This document shows positions 23,870-37,430 of a stretch of DNA of 64,000 bases, piece by piece. The position numbers and the translations under genes are program-made. Where the stretch lies: positions 28,954,001 through 29,018,000 of the forward strand of contig OZ024754.1 of NCBI GenBank assembly GCA_964016885.1, given 5' to 3'. The notes below the pieces were generated by a model that was given only the letters and a program-made list of their open reading frames with translations, ran no database searches and had not been told where the DNA came from. The stretch comes from Eledone cirrhosa. Its lineage: Eukaryota. How positions within the stretch are numbered: the first letter of the stretch is position 1; the number at the start of each line of letters is the position of its first letter.

Positions 23870-26682
23870 GCTGTAAAATGGAGGGGTAGACAGGGCTCAT
23901 GAGTCCAGTAAGACATCCTCTCTAGTGCTGGTGGCACGAATAAAAGCACCCAGCCCATGCTGTAAAGTGGCACTGGTGTTAGGAAGGGCATCCAACCAGT
24001 GTATCAATGCCAAAACAATTATTAGCACAGCAACAAATATATAGGAACAACCAAAATATGAAGAAGTCGCATCTCAGAGTTGCAACACTTAATGTTGGCA
24101 CTCTCACAGGTAGATCTGATGAAATAGTGGAGATGCTGGAGAGAAGGCATGTGGATGTGTGCTGCGTGCAAGAGGTGAGATGGAGAGGTGCCTCTGCGAG
24201 ACTAGTCGCAGGCAAACATCTTAGCTATAAGCTTTTCTGGGTAGGTAAGGATGATGGGTTAGGGGGAGTAGGCATTTTCCTGGCTGAGAGATGGATCAAT
24301 AAGACAATAGAGGTAGTTTGAGTTAATAATCGAATAATTAAGCGATATTAAGTGATATCTCACTAAGCAAGAGATAGAATGAGACATACAGGAAGGTGTG
24401 GAGAAGAAAGGTCTGGAAGCTAAAAGACCTTTCACTAAAATACAAATTTAGGAAAGCCCTTCAAGATGTGTATGACGAAAAAGAAGACGATTTAGAGTCG
24501 TATGACATAGATAATAACTGGAATTTCTTACGTGACAACTTACTGCAGGCTACTGATGAAACTTGTGGCTGGAGCAGCGCTCCAACCAGACAGAGAGTGA
24601 CCTGGTGGTGGAACAGCACGGTAGATAGGGCCATTAGAGACAAAAGACTAGCAAGGAAGGCTTGGAAAAAGGGTGGGAGTAGAGAAGGATATACAGCCGC
24701 TAAGAGAGAAGCTAGACGTCAGATGTACTTAGCACGCAGGGAGGCTGAGAGTAGGAGGTTTGCCAATGTTCTGCGACAGGAAGATCAGAGACGTGCGGTG
24801 TTCTACATTACAAGGCAGTATGTCAATGCAAATCAGGATGTTGTTGGAGATAAATGTGTCTGGCATGATGCCGGTGTACTTAGTGTCATGAATGATCAGA
24901 AAAAGGAGGCCTGGAAATGTCATTATGAGAGGCTGATGAATGTGGAGAATTAATGGGAGAGAGAGAAATTACCCTCAGGAGATCCGACAGAGGAACCAGC
25001 TATTGAGATTGATGAATATAGGGTCCAAGAGGCGATTAAGGAAATGAAAAATGGTAAGGCTGCTGGACTGATGGGGATAGTTACCGAGATGCTGAAGGCA
25101 TCAGGGGACGTAGGCACTAAACTAGTTGCACGCATCATCAATCAGGCTATATATGGTGGTGTCATACCCAAAGACTGGTGCTGCAGTATTCTCATAAATT
25201 GCTACAAAAGTAAAGGGAATGCTCTGGAGAGGAACAATTATAGCAGTATAAAACTGATGGATCAGGTTATGAAAGTGGCAGAAAGGATATTAGCACCACT
25301 AATTAGAGAAAGGGTCAAACTAGATGAGATGCAGTTTGGTTTTGTGCCTGGGAAAAGTACAACAGATGCTCTCTTCTTGGTGAGACAATTACAAGAGAGG
25401 TTCTTAGAGAAGAATAAGCCACTATACTTAGCCTTTGTTGACCTAGAGAAGGCCTTTGATAGGGTACCCCGATCTGTCATCTGGTGGTCCCTAAGGAAAC
25501 TAGGTGTTGAGGAATGGCTTGTGAGCTTTGTACAGAGGTGCTGTCAGTAAAGTGAGGGTAGGAATGGAGTTTAGTGAGGAATTCCAGATACAAGTAGGAG
25601 TACATCAAGGTTCGGTCCTCAGCCCGCTCTTGTTCATTATAGTCCTCCAAGCCATAACAGAGGAGTTTAAGACTGGCTGTCCATGGGAACTTCTCTATGC
25701 TGATGATCTGGTTCTTATAGCAGAATCAGTAGAGGAGCTAGAGAATAAATTCTGGCTATGGAAACAGCAGTTGGAAGCAAGAGGACTGAGAGTGAACCTA
25801 GCTAAGTCAAAAGTGTTGATGAGTAGAAAAGAGGACAAAATTCTGATTCCGTCAGGGAAATGGCTATGTTCGATATGCAGAAAAGGAACTGGCATAAATT
25901 CTATAAAATGCACGCAATGCAGATCCTGGGTACACAAAAGATATAGTGGGATAGCAGGCAAACTAACAGGTAGAGAGAAATACGTATGCAGTAGATGTAC
26001 AGGGAAATTAGACAGTAGAAGTCGCATTGATAGACACATTTTTCAAATGCAGGCGGGTGCTATAGAAGTGGTGGATAGCTTCCGGTACCTAGGAGATCAG
26101 ATTAGCATGGGAGGGGGGGTGTTCCGAAGCCATAGTATCTAGAATAAGGACGGGTTGGAAGAAGTTTAGGGAGCTTCTTCCTCTGCTGATGAAGAAGGGT
26201 GTCTCTCTGCATACGAAAGGCCGGTTATATGATGCCTGTGTGAGGAGCGCGATGCTGCATGGTAGTGAGACATGGGCAGCAACTGCAGTGGATATGCGAC
26301 GGCTGGAGAGAAATGAGGCAACCATGCTCCTTTGGATGTTCAATGTCAATGTACGTGAATGACCTAGCATGGATGTGTTGCGAGAGAAACTGTGTCTGAG
26401 AGGGATAGAATGTAGTGTGCGAGAGAGGAGACTGCGGTGGTATGGACATGTGATGCGCATGGGGGATGATTGATGGGTGAAGAAGTGCCAGTTGAAGGAA
26501 GACGAGGTAGAGGTAGACCACGAAAAAAATGGGCAGAGGTGGTGAGAGCAGACCTTAGATCGCTGAAGCTCACGGTGGCGATGACGAAGGACTGTGACAA
26601 GTGGAGAGATGCTGTGCTGAATAAGACTCATCCCACCCTTGCAGGCAGGGAAAAGCGGACATAAAATGATGATGATGATGAT
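23870..26682 (+). mobile_element. RTE-clade LINE subfamily B, near full length, decayed
   Basis: APE start LRVATLNVGTL...CCVQEVRW at ~24070, internal deletion near 24345, RT pieces with frameshifts, very short 3' end, (GAT)n. Confidence 0.93.
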
Positions 26683-27780
26683 ATAATCAGTGTTTTTTTT
26701 TCTGTTTTTCCATATATATATATATATATATACATGTGTGTGTGTATATGCACATATATACATATATGTGCATACGTATTTTAATAGCATTCTAAATTCT
26801 ATTTACCGTGCTGTGTAGTTTCCAGTCAATTTTGAAACAAAAAAAAAAAAAAGGAATGGAAAATTCTAAAACTCTGATATGTTGACTGGATTTTCACAAT
26901 ACATCATTTGATGCCAGCCTTAAAATATTGATCTAGTTACAGTTATTTATCTATTTACCAATATTCTAGGAAACTTTCCTGACATGTATGTGTACTTGTA
27001 TGTTTGAATTGTGTGTATGTCTGTGGTGTTTGTAATAACCTCGGGCATTTTCAATGTTTCAAATGCCTTCACCTATTTTTGTAGTGCGTTATGTCTTTCT
27101 GTGTGGTTTTCAGTTTGTGTGTGTGTGCTTTCGGTGTATCATGTGTCCGAGTTTCGGTGTGTGGTGTATCTATATGTATGTGCCTCTCTGTATGTCTGTA
27201 TGTGTGCAGTATAAAAGTCCATTTATTTTTGCATTTTGTTTTTCTAGTTACTGTTGGAAACAGCGATATAATGAAAGAATTTTTTTTTTTTCCAAAGAGA
27301 AAACAAGGGCCTTCCAGGCATATATCCTTCTGATAACTGATGTGGTTATTGAAGTTTATTCACACTTTATGTATAGAGAAAGTACATGGCCTAGTAGGCA
27401 TGGTATCGATAAGATTGCTGGCAATAGTAGTTGTCGTTAGGTGTGGAAAGCAAAGACTATAGTTAATTTTTTTAAACTAATATATACTAACACATCTGTG
27501 TGTGTTAAATACTGTCTAGTTTATTGATTCCTAGGTATTTCTAAGGTTGTGTTTGATGTAATTCTCTTATCTCAGTCTCTTTATCTAGCATGATATTAGA
27601 TTTTCAGTAGTTTTCCTCTTTTCGGGGTTGTCTTGGGGATTTTCTAGTCCACATTTCATGACTATTTCTTTTGTTAATCCATATGCTGTCTGCGGAAATG
27701 TTTGTTTTAAGTTGTCTTTCATCTGTAACATACAGCTTTAGATTACTCTTTTGTTAAAGGAATCATTATTATTATTATTA

Positions 27781-28575
27781 AGGGCGGTAGATTGGCAGTA
27801 TTGGTAGATGGTCAGATGCCATGCTTTGCAGCATAGAGTTACGGCCCTTTATGGTCTGAGTTCAAACCCCACCAAGCTTAACTTTGCCTTTCATCCTTAT
27901 GGGGTCGATAAAAGAAAGTACCAGTAATACACTGGGATAATTGCTGGCCTTGTGCCAAAAGTAGAAACAATTATTATTAAGGTGGTGGATTGGCAGTATT
28001 GGTAGAGCGTCGGACAACATGCTTTGCAGCATAGAGTTACGCCCTTTTTACATTCTGTGTTCACCTCTTAAACAAATATACACCCCCATCCCATTACCCC
28101 TCTTCACCCCCACCGCCATCAACACACCCCTTCCTCTGTAAAGTTATGTTGGCACCACAACATCTAGTCCTAAATAAAGGAGGTCGTGTAGATGTCACAA
28201 CAAAAAACACACAGTCCATGCTGTAATGTGGCCGTGTAGATAACACGGTAAAAACCTCCCAGTCCACACTGTAAATGTGGTTGGTGTTAGGAAGGGCATC
28301 CAGCCGTAGAAAACCTGCCAGACAGTCTTATACGAGCGAGACGACCAATCTTGCCTCAGGTTGGTCAATTCCCGTCTAAACCCATGCTAGCGTGGAAGAT
28401 AGACGTTAAACGATGATGATGATGATGATGAAGATGTTCAAATCCTGCTGAAGTTAACTTTGCCTTTCATCCTTACAGGGTTGTTAAAATAGAGTACCGG
28501 TAACAAACTGGGGTTGATCTAATCGACTTTTCCCTCCCATAAATTGTTGGTCTTGTGCCTAAATCAGAAATCATT
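27781..28575 (+). mobile_element. SINE family A dimer; the second unit is split by an RTE 3' UTR insertion (28064-28434)
   Basis: Insert flanked by TGTTCA at 28058-28063 and 28435-28440. Confidence 0.85.
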
Positions 28576-28827
28576 ATTATTATTTTTTTTTGGGGGGGGG
28601 GGGGGGTCGTCACTGCATTACTATGCAGAACTCTGAGCACCTTGGGTATGTGCTGTGTTGTTTTTAGTGTTACTGTTTCTATTCTATTGAGAATACCTAT
28701 CATTTTTAACGTTCCCAGAGCACTTATTATTATAGGAATTGTTTGTTTTCATCATTTATATTTAGGTTTATTTCTCTCTATATACGTGGATACTTTTTCA
28801 GGTTCCTTCATAGATATATTACTCAGT

Positions 28828-29295
28828 ATGGTCTGAGTTCAAATCCCGCAGGGGTTAGCTTTGCCTTTCATCCTTATGGTGTTAGCTTTGCCTTTCATCC
28901 TTACAGGGTTGATAAAATAAAGTACCAGTAATGCACTGGATAATGCACTTGTGCCAAAAGTAGAAACAATTATTATTATTATTATGTTGTGGATTGGCAG
29001 TATCGGTAGAGGGTCGGACGCCATGCTTTGACGCTTGCCATTCTGAGTTCAAATCCCGCCCAAGTTAACTTTGCCTTTCATCCTTACGGGGTTGATAAAA
29101 TAAAGTACCAGTAATGCACTGGGATAATTGCTGGCCTTGTGCCAAAAGTAGAAACAATTATTATTATTATTATGTTGGACAGAGTGGGGTATTGGCAATA
29201 ACTGTGGAGTATCAAACCCATGCTTTTCAGCATAGAGTTACGGCCCTTTACCTTCTGAGTTTGAATCCTACCAAAGTTAGCTTTGCCTTTCCATC
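28828..29295 (+). mobile_element. SINE family A cluster (three partial or full units)
   Basis: Family consensus separated by (ATT)n. Confidence 0.8.
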
Positions 29296-29296
29296 C

Positions 29297-29492
29297 GTTA
29301 TTCCGGGTTGAATCGGAGGTAACCACAATAAGTAAGGTACTCAATAGATAGCAGAGTATAAAAGTGTTAATATAGATGAGATTCTACAGGACTAGAACTG
29401 TTTCATTCTTTAGAAATCATCAGCCAGATTCCTGATGATTTCTAAAGAATGAAACAGTTCTAGTCCTATAGAATCTCATCTATATTAAAACT
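29297..29492. mobile_element. Palindromic Penelope-type terminus with two truncated hammerhead cores plus tail
   Basis: Arms ~29364-29423 and ~29432-29492, each CTGATGA-TTTCTAAAGAAT-GAAACAGTTCTAGTC. Tail ACTC-N11-GAGT on the minus strand. Confidence 0.7.
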
Positions 29493-29572
29493 ATATATAT
29501 ATATATATATATGTGTGTATGTGTATATATATGTGTGTATGTATGTATGTATGTATATATGTGTATATATAT

Positions 29573-29892
29573 GATGTTGACTTGTTCTTCTTTTTGGTAA
29601 ATATCATCTTGGTTAAGAGAGTGGGACTGGCTTTGTGCAGTGCCTTTGCTCACTATAAAAGCTTCACGGCACAGGCATTGCTTTATATCTGGAGATCTCT
29701 CTGCACTTGTCGTCACATGGAACCATGGGCCCAGCACTATGTGTCAATAATTGTCACAAGTGTAGTGTTTGTACCAGAGTTTTCAAGTCGCTGGCTGGAC
29801 TAAAATGTCACACTCGTTCAGCGCATCGGTAGGGGTTCTCCTACATGGATATAAAGTAGTGGCCGTACTCGAAAACGAGTTGGCAGCCACCA
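29573..29892 (+). mobile_element. 5'-truncated copy of an unclassified ~600-bp element
   Basis: Nearly identical to 37705-38024 (about four substitutions seen). Confidence 0.7.
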
Positions 29893-29993
29893 TATATGTG
29901 TATGTATGTATGTATGTGTATATATCATCATCATCATCATCATCATCATCATATATATATGTGTATCTATCTATCTATCTATATATATATATA

Positions 29994-31047
29994 TTGTTCA
30001 TTATAGTCCTCCAAGCCATAACAGAGGAGTTTAAGACTGGCTGTCCATGGGAACTTCTCTATGCTGATGATCTGGTTCTTATAGCAGAATCAGTAGAGGA
30101 GCTAGAGAATAAATTCTGGCTATGGAAACAGCAGTTGGAAGCAAGAGGACTGAGAGTGAACCTAGCTAAGACAAAAGTGTTGATGAGTAGAAAAGAGGAC
30201 AAAACCCTGATTCCGTCAGGGAAATGGCCATGTTCGATATGCAGAAAAGGAACTGGCATAAATTCTATAAAATGCACACAATGCAGATCCTGAGTACACA
30301 AGAGATGAAGCAGGATAGCAGGCAAACTAACAGGTAGGGAGAAATATGTATGCAGTAGATGTACAGGGAAATTAGACAGTAGAAGTCGCATTGATAGACA
30401 CATTTTTCAAATGCAGGAGGGCGCTATAGAAGTGGTGGATAGCTTCCGGTACCTAGGAGATCAGATTAGCATGGGAGGAGGGTGTTCCGAGGCCATAGTA
30501 TCTAGAATAAGGACGGGTTGGAAGAAGTTTAGGGAGCTGCTTCCTCTGTTGATGAAGAAGGGTTTCTCCCTGCGTACGAAATGCTGGTTGTATGATGCCT
30601 GTGTGAGGAGCGCGATGCTGCATGGTAGTGAGACATGGGCAGCAACTGAAGAGGATATGCGACGGCTGGAGAGAAATGAGGCAAGCATGCTCCGTTGGAT
30701 GTGCAGTGTAAATGTGCGTGAATGACCCAGCATAAATGTGTTGAGAGAGAAACTGTGTCTAAGAGGGATAGAATGTAGTGTACGGGTGAGGAGACTGAGG
30801 TGGTATGGACATGTGATGTGCATGGAGGATGACCGATGGGTGAAGAAGTGCCAGGAAATGCCAGTTGAGGGAAGACGTGGTAGAGGTAGACCACGAAAAA
30901 CATGGGCGGAGGTGGGTAGAACAGACCTCAGATCATTGAAGCTCACGGTGGAGATGACGAAGGACCGTGACAAGTGGATAGATGCTGTGCTGAATAAGAC
31001 CCGTCCCACCCTTGCATGCAGGGAAAAGCGGGCGTGAAATGATGATG
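29994..31047 (+). mobile_element. RTE-clade LINE subfamily B, 5'-truncated
   Basis: Similar to 25630-26682, with YADD, in-frame stops and a (GAT)n tail. Confidence 0.93.
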
Positions 31048-31194
31048 TATGTATCTATATATATGTATGTATCTATATATATATATGTATGTATGTATCT
31101 ATATATATATATATATATGGCCATACTCGATAACGAGGGGGCAGCCATCATATATATATATATGTATGTATCTATATATATATATATATATATA

Positions 31195-34100
31195 TCATCA
31201 TCATCACCGTTTTACGTCCGTTCTTCCACGCTAGCATGGGTTAAACGGGTTGTTCTGTTGTGGGCAGTGTCTGGTCGGCTGACCATGCCTTGCTTATACA
31301 GGAACTGATTTGGCTTGATTTCTACAGCTGGATGCCCTTCCTAACACCAACCTCATTTACAGTGAGTACTGGGTGCTTTTTCGTGGCGCCTACACGTCCA
31401 CTTTACAGTGTGGGCTGGGTGCTTTTTTGCCGTGGCACCTCCACGACCTCCTTGCAGTGGGGGGTGTGGGGGCATATTGTCTATATGCTTCAGCTTGTAC
31501 CCATGGGAGGTCGGGTACTCTGTATTACTGCGTGACGCCAGAGGTCACGGTCATGTGTCATTGCCTTTGAGAGGTGTAATTGGGTAAGGTCGGCTTTTAT
31601 CACCTCATCCCAGGTCATCTTGGGTCTCCCCACTCCGCGGTTTCCATCAACTTCTAGTGCTCTGCACCTTTTTATGCAGCTGTCATCCTTCATACGCATC
31701 ACATGTCCATACCAACGCAACCGCCTCTCCTGCACACAGCATTTGATTCCTCTTATGCTCAGTCTCTCTCTCAATTCATTTATGCTTTGTTGTTCGTGTA
31801 TATTACTATTACACCATCGGAGCATGTAGGCTTCGTTTCTCTCTAATCTACGTATGTCTTCCACCTTCAGCGCCCAGGTCTCACTACCATGCAACATCGC
31901 TGTTCGGATACACGCATCATACAGTCTGCCTTTCATTTTGAGGGAGAAGCCTTTTGCAGCTAGCAGTGGTAGTAGTTCCCTAAACTTCTTCCATCCCGTT
32001 CTTACCCTAGTTATTGTACTTTCTGAACACCCACCTCCGCTGCTAATTCGGTCACCTAGGTAGCAGAAGCTGTCTACTGTTTCTACAGAGCCCTCCCAGA
32101 GATTGGGGGTACTTGTTTCCTGTGGCTGTTTGCTGCTTGCTGTCCCAGCACAGCTGCTGCATGTGAAGCCTACATTCTTAATTAAGCTTCCTGAGATCCC
32201 GCTACATCTCTTGTGTACCCATTGTTTGCATTTGGGGCAGAGAATGGAGTTCCTACCTACACCTTTCCTACATACTGAGCAAGGCCATTTCCCTGAGGGG
32301 ATCTGGGTTCTGTTTTCTCGTCTACTTACAAGGACTTTAGTCTTTGTCATGTTGACTTTGAGACCCTTTCTTTCTAGTCCCTGCTTCCAAGTTTGGAATT
32401 TCTTCTCTAGTTCTACCATAAATTCAGCTATAAGTGCGAGGTCATCAGCATAGAGGAGTTCCCATGGGCATCCAGTCTTAAACTCCTCCGTTATTGCCTG
32501 CAGGACTATGATGAACAGGAGGGGGCTAAGAACAGAGCCCTGGTGGACTCCAACCTGTACGCTAAATTCCTTGCTATACTCATTGCTAATCCTAACTTTG
32601 CTGACTGCTCCCCTATACATGGCTTGTACCGCTTTCACAATCCATTCATCTACTCCTAGTTTTTTAAGAGCCCACCACATTACAGCAAGTGGAACTCTGT
32701 CAAAGGCTTTCTCAAGGTCGACAAATGCCAGGTAGAGTGGCTTACTTTTATCTAGGTACTTTTCCTGTAACTGCCTGACAAGGAAGAGGGCATCAGTGGT
32801 GCCTCTTCCTGGTACAAACCCAAATTGCATCTCGTCTAGTTTCACCCGATCCCTAATCAACTGTGCTATAACTCTTTCTGTTACTTTCATGACCTGGTCC
32901 ATCAGCTTTATACCTATATAGTTTCCTCTATCTAGTGTATCACCTTTACCTTTGTAGCAGTTGACAATGATGCTACTGCACCAATCTTTTGGTATGACAC
33001 CTTCTAGTATTACCTGGTTAACAATACGTGTGGTTATAGTGTGACCTACAGACCCAGATGCCTTCAGCATCTCGGCAGCTATACCCGATGGACCGGTTGC
33101 CTTCCCCATCTTCATATCTTTGATTGCCTTACTTGCTACGCTGCTGCTGACTTGTACTGCTGGCCCCTCTATAGGGTCTACTTGGGGTAGGGTCTCTTCT
33201 TCCCATGCATTCTCCTCATTTAGTAATCTATCATAATGACTCTTCCATGCATCTTTCTTCTCAGCACTTGTGAGGGCAAGCTCACCTTTATCATTCCGGA
33301 TACACTTCTCTCCAATGACATCACAATTCTCTCTGACTCACTGCCTCGCAATCTTGAACACCTCCTGTTTCTGGTCCTCACGTTGCAAAACATGCTTGAA
33401 ATTTCTATCCTCTGCTTCCCTCCTAGCTAAGTATACTTGTCGCCTAGCTTCCCTCTTGGTCTCTATGTAATGTACCCTGCTCCCCCCGTTCTTCCATTCT
33501 TTCCATGCCCGTCTCTTGGCCTTAACTGCCTCATCTACCTTATTGTTCCACCACCAAGTCACTCTCCCCCTGCTTGAGGTCTTACTCCAGCCACAGACCT
33601 CATCCGTCGCCTCTAGTAAGTTATTTTTTAGGAACTCCCAGTTCTCTTCTACATTGAATGTCTCTATCTTTTCTTCTTTACTGTCATAGGTGTTAAGTAA
33701 AATATCTTTAAATATGTTACTGGTTGAGGGGTCTTTCAGCTTCCAGATCTTTCTTCTCCAGGTTGGCCTCTGTTTCCAGGTTCGTCTAATTCTTACTGTG
33801 AGGTCGCTGACAACTAAGCTATGGTGGGATGTACATTCCTCACTAGGGAAGGCTTTTGTGTTTACGACCGTCCATCTGTCACGTCCTAAAATCTATCTGA
33901 CTAGAGTGCTCCCCTGATCTATAGGTGATCAGGTGGTTGTCGGGTTTTTTGAAGTTTGTGTTACATATCGACATGTCATTGGCGTCGCAGAATTCTAGAA
34001 GTCTGAATCCTTCCTCATTCCTTGTGCCAACTCCATGGCCTCCATGGACTCTATTGAAGCCGTTGCAGTGTTTGCCTACGTGTCCGTTAAAATCTCCTGC

Positions 34101-34218
34101 GATGATTAGGAAGTCATTGTCATTTGTTAGAGCAGTAGTGTGCATTAGGGACTCGTAAAACCTATCCTTAAGTTCGTCTGGCAACCCCGATTGGGGTGCG
34201 TAAGCTGATATTATTGTG
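31195..34218 (-). mobile_element. RTE-clade LINE subfamily C, 5'-truncated within the endonuclease
   Basis: APE motifs (SAYAPQ, GDFNGHVG, SQIDF), 541-aa RT ORF 31490-33115, 3' UTR, (GAT)n. Confidence 0.95.
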
Positions 34219-34249
34219 GTATATATATATATGTATGTATGTATCTATC

Positions 34250-34317
<68 letters not shown>

Positions 34318-34331
34318 AGTATGTATGTATC

Positions 34332-34395
<64 letters not shown>

Positions 34396-34398
<3 letters not shown>

Positions 34399-37258
34399 CT
34401 TTGAATAACTTTGGCCAGTATTGGCCCAGGCCATGTCTAACTTAATAGCACCACCTGGCGAAGTCTTTCAATTCAGGATTTGGGCACCATGGCCCATTCG
34501 AGAAGAGAATTACTGTTTGCGGAGACATATCCGGGTGTGGGTGGTTTGTCCGGGATTACTTGGAGGAATTTGTCCAAAGACTTCTTGAATTTTGTGTGGT
34601 CAGTTTCTGTTTTGACGTGTCCTGGTGTGATGTTGAAGAGAGCAGGGCCGATTGAGGTGAAATAATTGTGCCGTATTGTTGTTATGAGTTGCGATTTAGA
34701 TTTTTGAATGGGACGGATAGCACGGGGCCCAAGCCTTGGGTGTATCTTGAAGGCGATGCCAACATCATTTGGGCAGTGATGATGGAACATTTTCCACATC
34801 ATGCAGATAATATAACGCTCACGGCGACGTTGGAGTGAGTAAAGTTTCAGGTTTTCTAATCGACCCCAGTAGTCAAGGTCTGACATGCCATCTATCTTTT
34901 TCGTGATTGCCCTTTGAGGAGCTTCAAGTTTCATGATACTTTGTTTCGTGTGGGGAGACCACAGTGGACAACAGTATTCAAGGTGTGGTCGGGCAAAAGT
35001 AGAGAAGAGAAGGATAATGGTGCGGGAATCTCTCGACTGGAAGGTTCTGAGGATCCAGGAACACATTCTGCGGGCCATGTCAACTTTGCTGCTTATATGC
35101 GTGGTCCAGCTTATGTTGCTGTCCACGGTTACTCCCAAGTCTCTGATGTTGTTAGATGCCACGAGAGTTTCCCCGGAGGGAAGGGAGTACGGGAGTTTCA
35201 GAGCATCCTCTTTTCCAAAGTGGATCAGTTCGAATTTGTCTTCGTTCAGTAACATGTTGTTCTTTTCCACCCATTGGGTAACAGCCAGTAGGTCTGACTG
35301 AAGGCTTATCCGGTCATTCACGCCATTGATGACCTTTTGGAGCTTGGAATCATCAGCGAAAATTTTAATGTTGCTGTGTTTGATGATGTCAGTGATGTCA
35401 TTAATATAGATGATGAAGAGAAGTGGGCCCAACACAGTGCCTTGTGGGACCCCACTACTGACTTTGGCTGGGCTGGATTTGACTCCCTCAACTACAACAT
35501 GTTGGGTTCTGTTTGACAGGAAGCTCTTGATCCACTGCAGCAGCTTTCCAGTGACACCAATATTGGACAGCTTTCTCAGTAGAATGTTATGATCAACCCT
35601 GTCAAAGGCCTTGCTGAAATCAAGGTAGATAACATCAGTGTTGGAACCCTCTCCCAAGGCTCTCAAAATGTCATCAAAGTGATGCAGTAGCTGCGTCAGG
35701 CAATCCCTTCCATTACGGAATCCATGCTGGTTGGAGTTCAGCATATTGTTACTCTCAAGGAAGTGGGTCATTCGCGATCTCACCACTCTCTCAAATACCT
35801 TAATGATATGAGAGGTGAGTGAGATTGGACGGTAATTCACGGCAAGGGATTTGTTTCCCTTTTTGAAAACTGGGACAACAGACTGGGATAGAAGGTTTTC
35901 TGGCACATATCCAGCATCCAGTGAGTTCCGCCACAGATTGGCAAGAGGAGTTGCAAGTTGGTGTTGACATGCCTTCAAGACACAAGCAGGGAACCTATCG
36001 GGACCTACTGCTGAATTATGCTTGATTTCCTTTATTGCCGCCAAGACATCAGGGGCGCCAAACGTTATGTCCGATAAGGTGTAATGGGGAGTAACATCGC
36101 CGATACAGCCCAGATCGGCCATATCAGGATTGCTGAAAACAGAGCAGTATTGTTTCTGCAGTATCTCACCCATGGTTTTAGCATTGTCTTGAAGAGTGCC
36201 ATTTTCATCAATTAGAGGGCCAACAGTAGAGCCAGTGATTTTGTGTTTTTTTGCAAATGAAAAGAACACTTTGGGATTGAGTTTGATCTTCTCAATGGCC
36301 CAGGCCTCCTCAGCTCTTCTCTGATTGTTGATGAGGGACATTATGTTGTTTTGGAGGTTATGTTTTTTAATCTCTAGTGATGAAATGGCAGTTAAGTTGA
36401 TGTGTTGCTGCTGACAGTATTTCAGCTTGTTGATTTTTTTGTTCGTTCTCTTAATTTTTCTGATGAGCGTTTTTCTATTTCTAGGGATTCTGCTCTTAGA
36501 TTTGTTTATAGTTCTTAATGGGGTGTGGTTAGCACATATGTTTGTAACAGTGTCCACAAATGTCTGCCAGGACTTTTTGATGTTAGTGGGTGTATGAGTG
36601 TGCGTGAAGGACCAGTCGACATGTGCAAGATCAGGACTGATCGCTTCCCAGTTTGCATTGTGGAAATCCATAGCGTCAAACAGATGGACAGGAGAGATGA
36701 CATTGGGTTTGTATATTGGACGGTGGAATCTCAGATCACAGAGAGCCATGTCATGATCAGAGAGTAGAGTTTTCTCCACTGCAATATTGTGGATATTGTC
36801 AGTGTGATTGCTGAAAATTAAGTCTAGGACGTTTTTGTGGCACCTCGGTTCGAGCACCAGTTGGGATAGGAAGAAATCATCCATGAAGTCAAGAAGCGAT
36901 TCCACAGCTTCCCTGTCAGAGGTTGAGGCAGAAGAACCTGGTGGCAGGCTGTTTGTGGACCAGTCAACTCCGGGGAGGTTGAAGTCCCCCATCATTAAGA
37001 TGTTGTCAGGGTGACACTCTTGGATGAAACACTTTATGCTGTTGAGGCATTCTTTGAAGCATGGTACAGGCGTTTGGGGTGGCCTATAGAGCCCAACTAC
37101 TAATAGGTTGTTGGTTTGACTGAATACAGTGACTGCCTCACAGTATCCATTAGTGAATATGTTCATAGCCTCTGTTGAGAAAGAATTATGGACATAAATG
37201 GCAGTTCCGCCCTTTCTTCTGCCAGCGCGATCTGCACGGATGGCTTTGAAATTTTTTT
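34396..37258 (-). mobile_element. CR1/L2-group LINE, 5'-truncated, long open ORF
   Basis: 897-aa ORF. Frame extends 5' (RADR...KGGTAIYV). Tail of CAAAGTTATT repeats. Confidence 0.92.
34473..37166 (-). CDS. APE endonuclease (partial) + reverse transcriptase
   Basis: [58 protein letters not shown]. Confidence 0.93.
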   Translation of the reverse strand: MNIFTNGYCEAVTVFSQTNNLLVVGLYRPPQTPVPCFKECLNSIKCFIQECHPDNILMMGDFNLPGVDWSTNSLPPGSSASTSDREAVESLLDFMDDFFLSQLVLEPRCHKNVLDLIFSNHTDNIHNIAVEKTLLSDHDMALCDLRFHRPIYKPNVISPVHLFDAMDFHNANWEAISPDLAHVDWSFTHTHTPTNIKKSWQTFVDTVTNICANHTPLRTINKSKSRIPRNRKTLIRKIKRTNKKINKLKYCQQQHINLTAISSLEIKKHNLQNNIMSLINNQRRAEEAWAIEKIKLNPKVFFSFAKKHKITGSTVGPLIDENGTLQDNAKTMGEILQKQYCSVFSNPDMADLGCIGDVTPHYTLSDITFGAPDVLAAIKEIKHNSAVGPDRFPACVLKACQHQLATPLANLWRNSLDAGYVPENLLSQSVVPVFKKGNKSLAVNYRPISLTSHIIKVFERVVRSRMTHFLESNNMLNSNQHGFRNGRDCLTQLLHHFDDILRALGEGSNTDVIYLDFSKAFDRVDHNILLRKLSNIGVTGKLLQWIKSFLSNRTQHVVVEGVKSSPAKVSSGVPQGTVLGPLLFIIYINDITDIIKHSNIKIFADDSKLQKVINGVNDRISLQSDLLAVTQWVEKNNMLLNEDKFELIHFGKEDALKLPYSLPSGETLVASNNIRDLGVTVDSNISWTTHISSKVDMARRMCSWILRTFQSRDSRTIILLFSTFARPHLEYCCPLWSPHTKQSIMKLEAPQRAITKKIDGMSDLDYWGRLENLKLYSLQRRRERYIICMMWKMFHHHCPNDVGIAFKIHPRLGPRAIRPIQKSKSQLITTIRHNYFTSIGPALFNITPGHVKTETDHTKFKKSLDKFLQVIPDKPPTPGYVSANSNSLLEWAMVPKS

Positions 37259-37260
37259 AC

Positions 37261-37292
<32 letters not shown>

Positions 37293-37295
37293 GTA

Positions 37296-37406
<111 letters not shown>

Positions 37407-37430
37407 ATATATATATATATATGTATGTAT

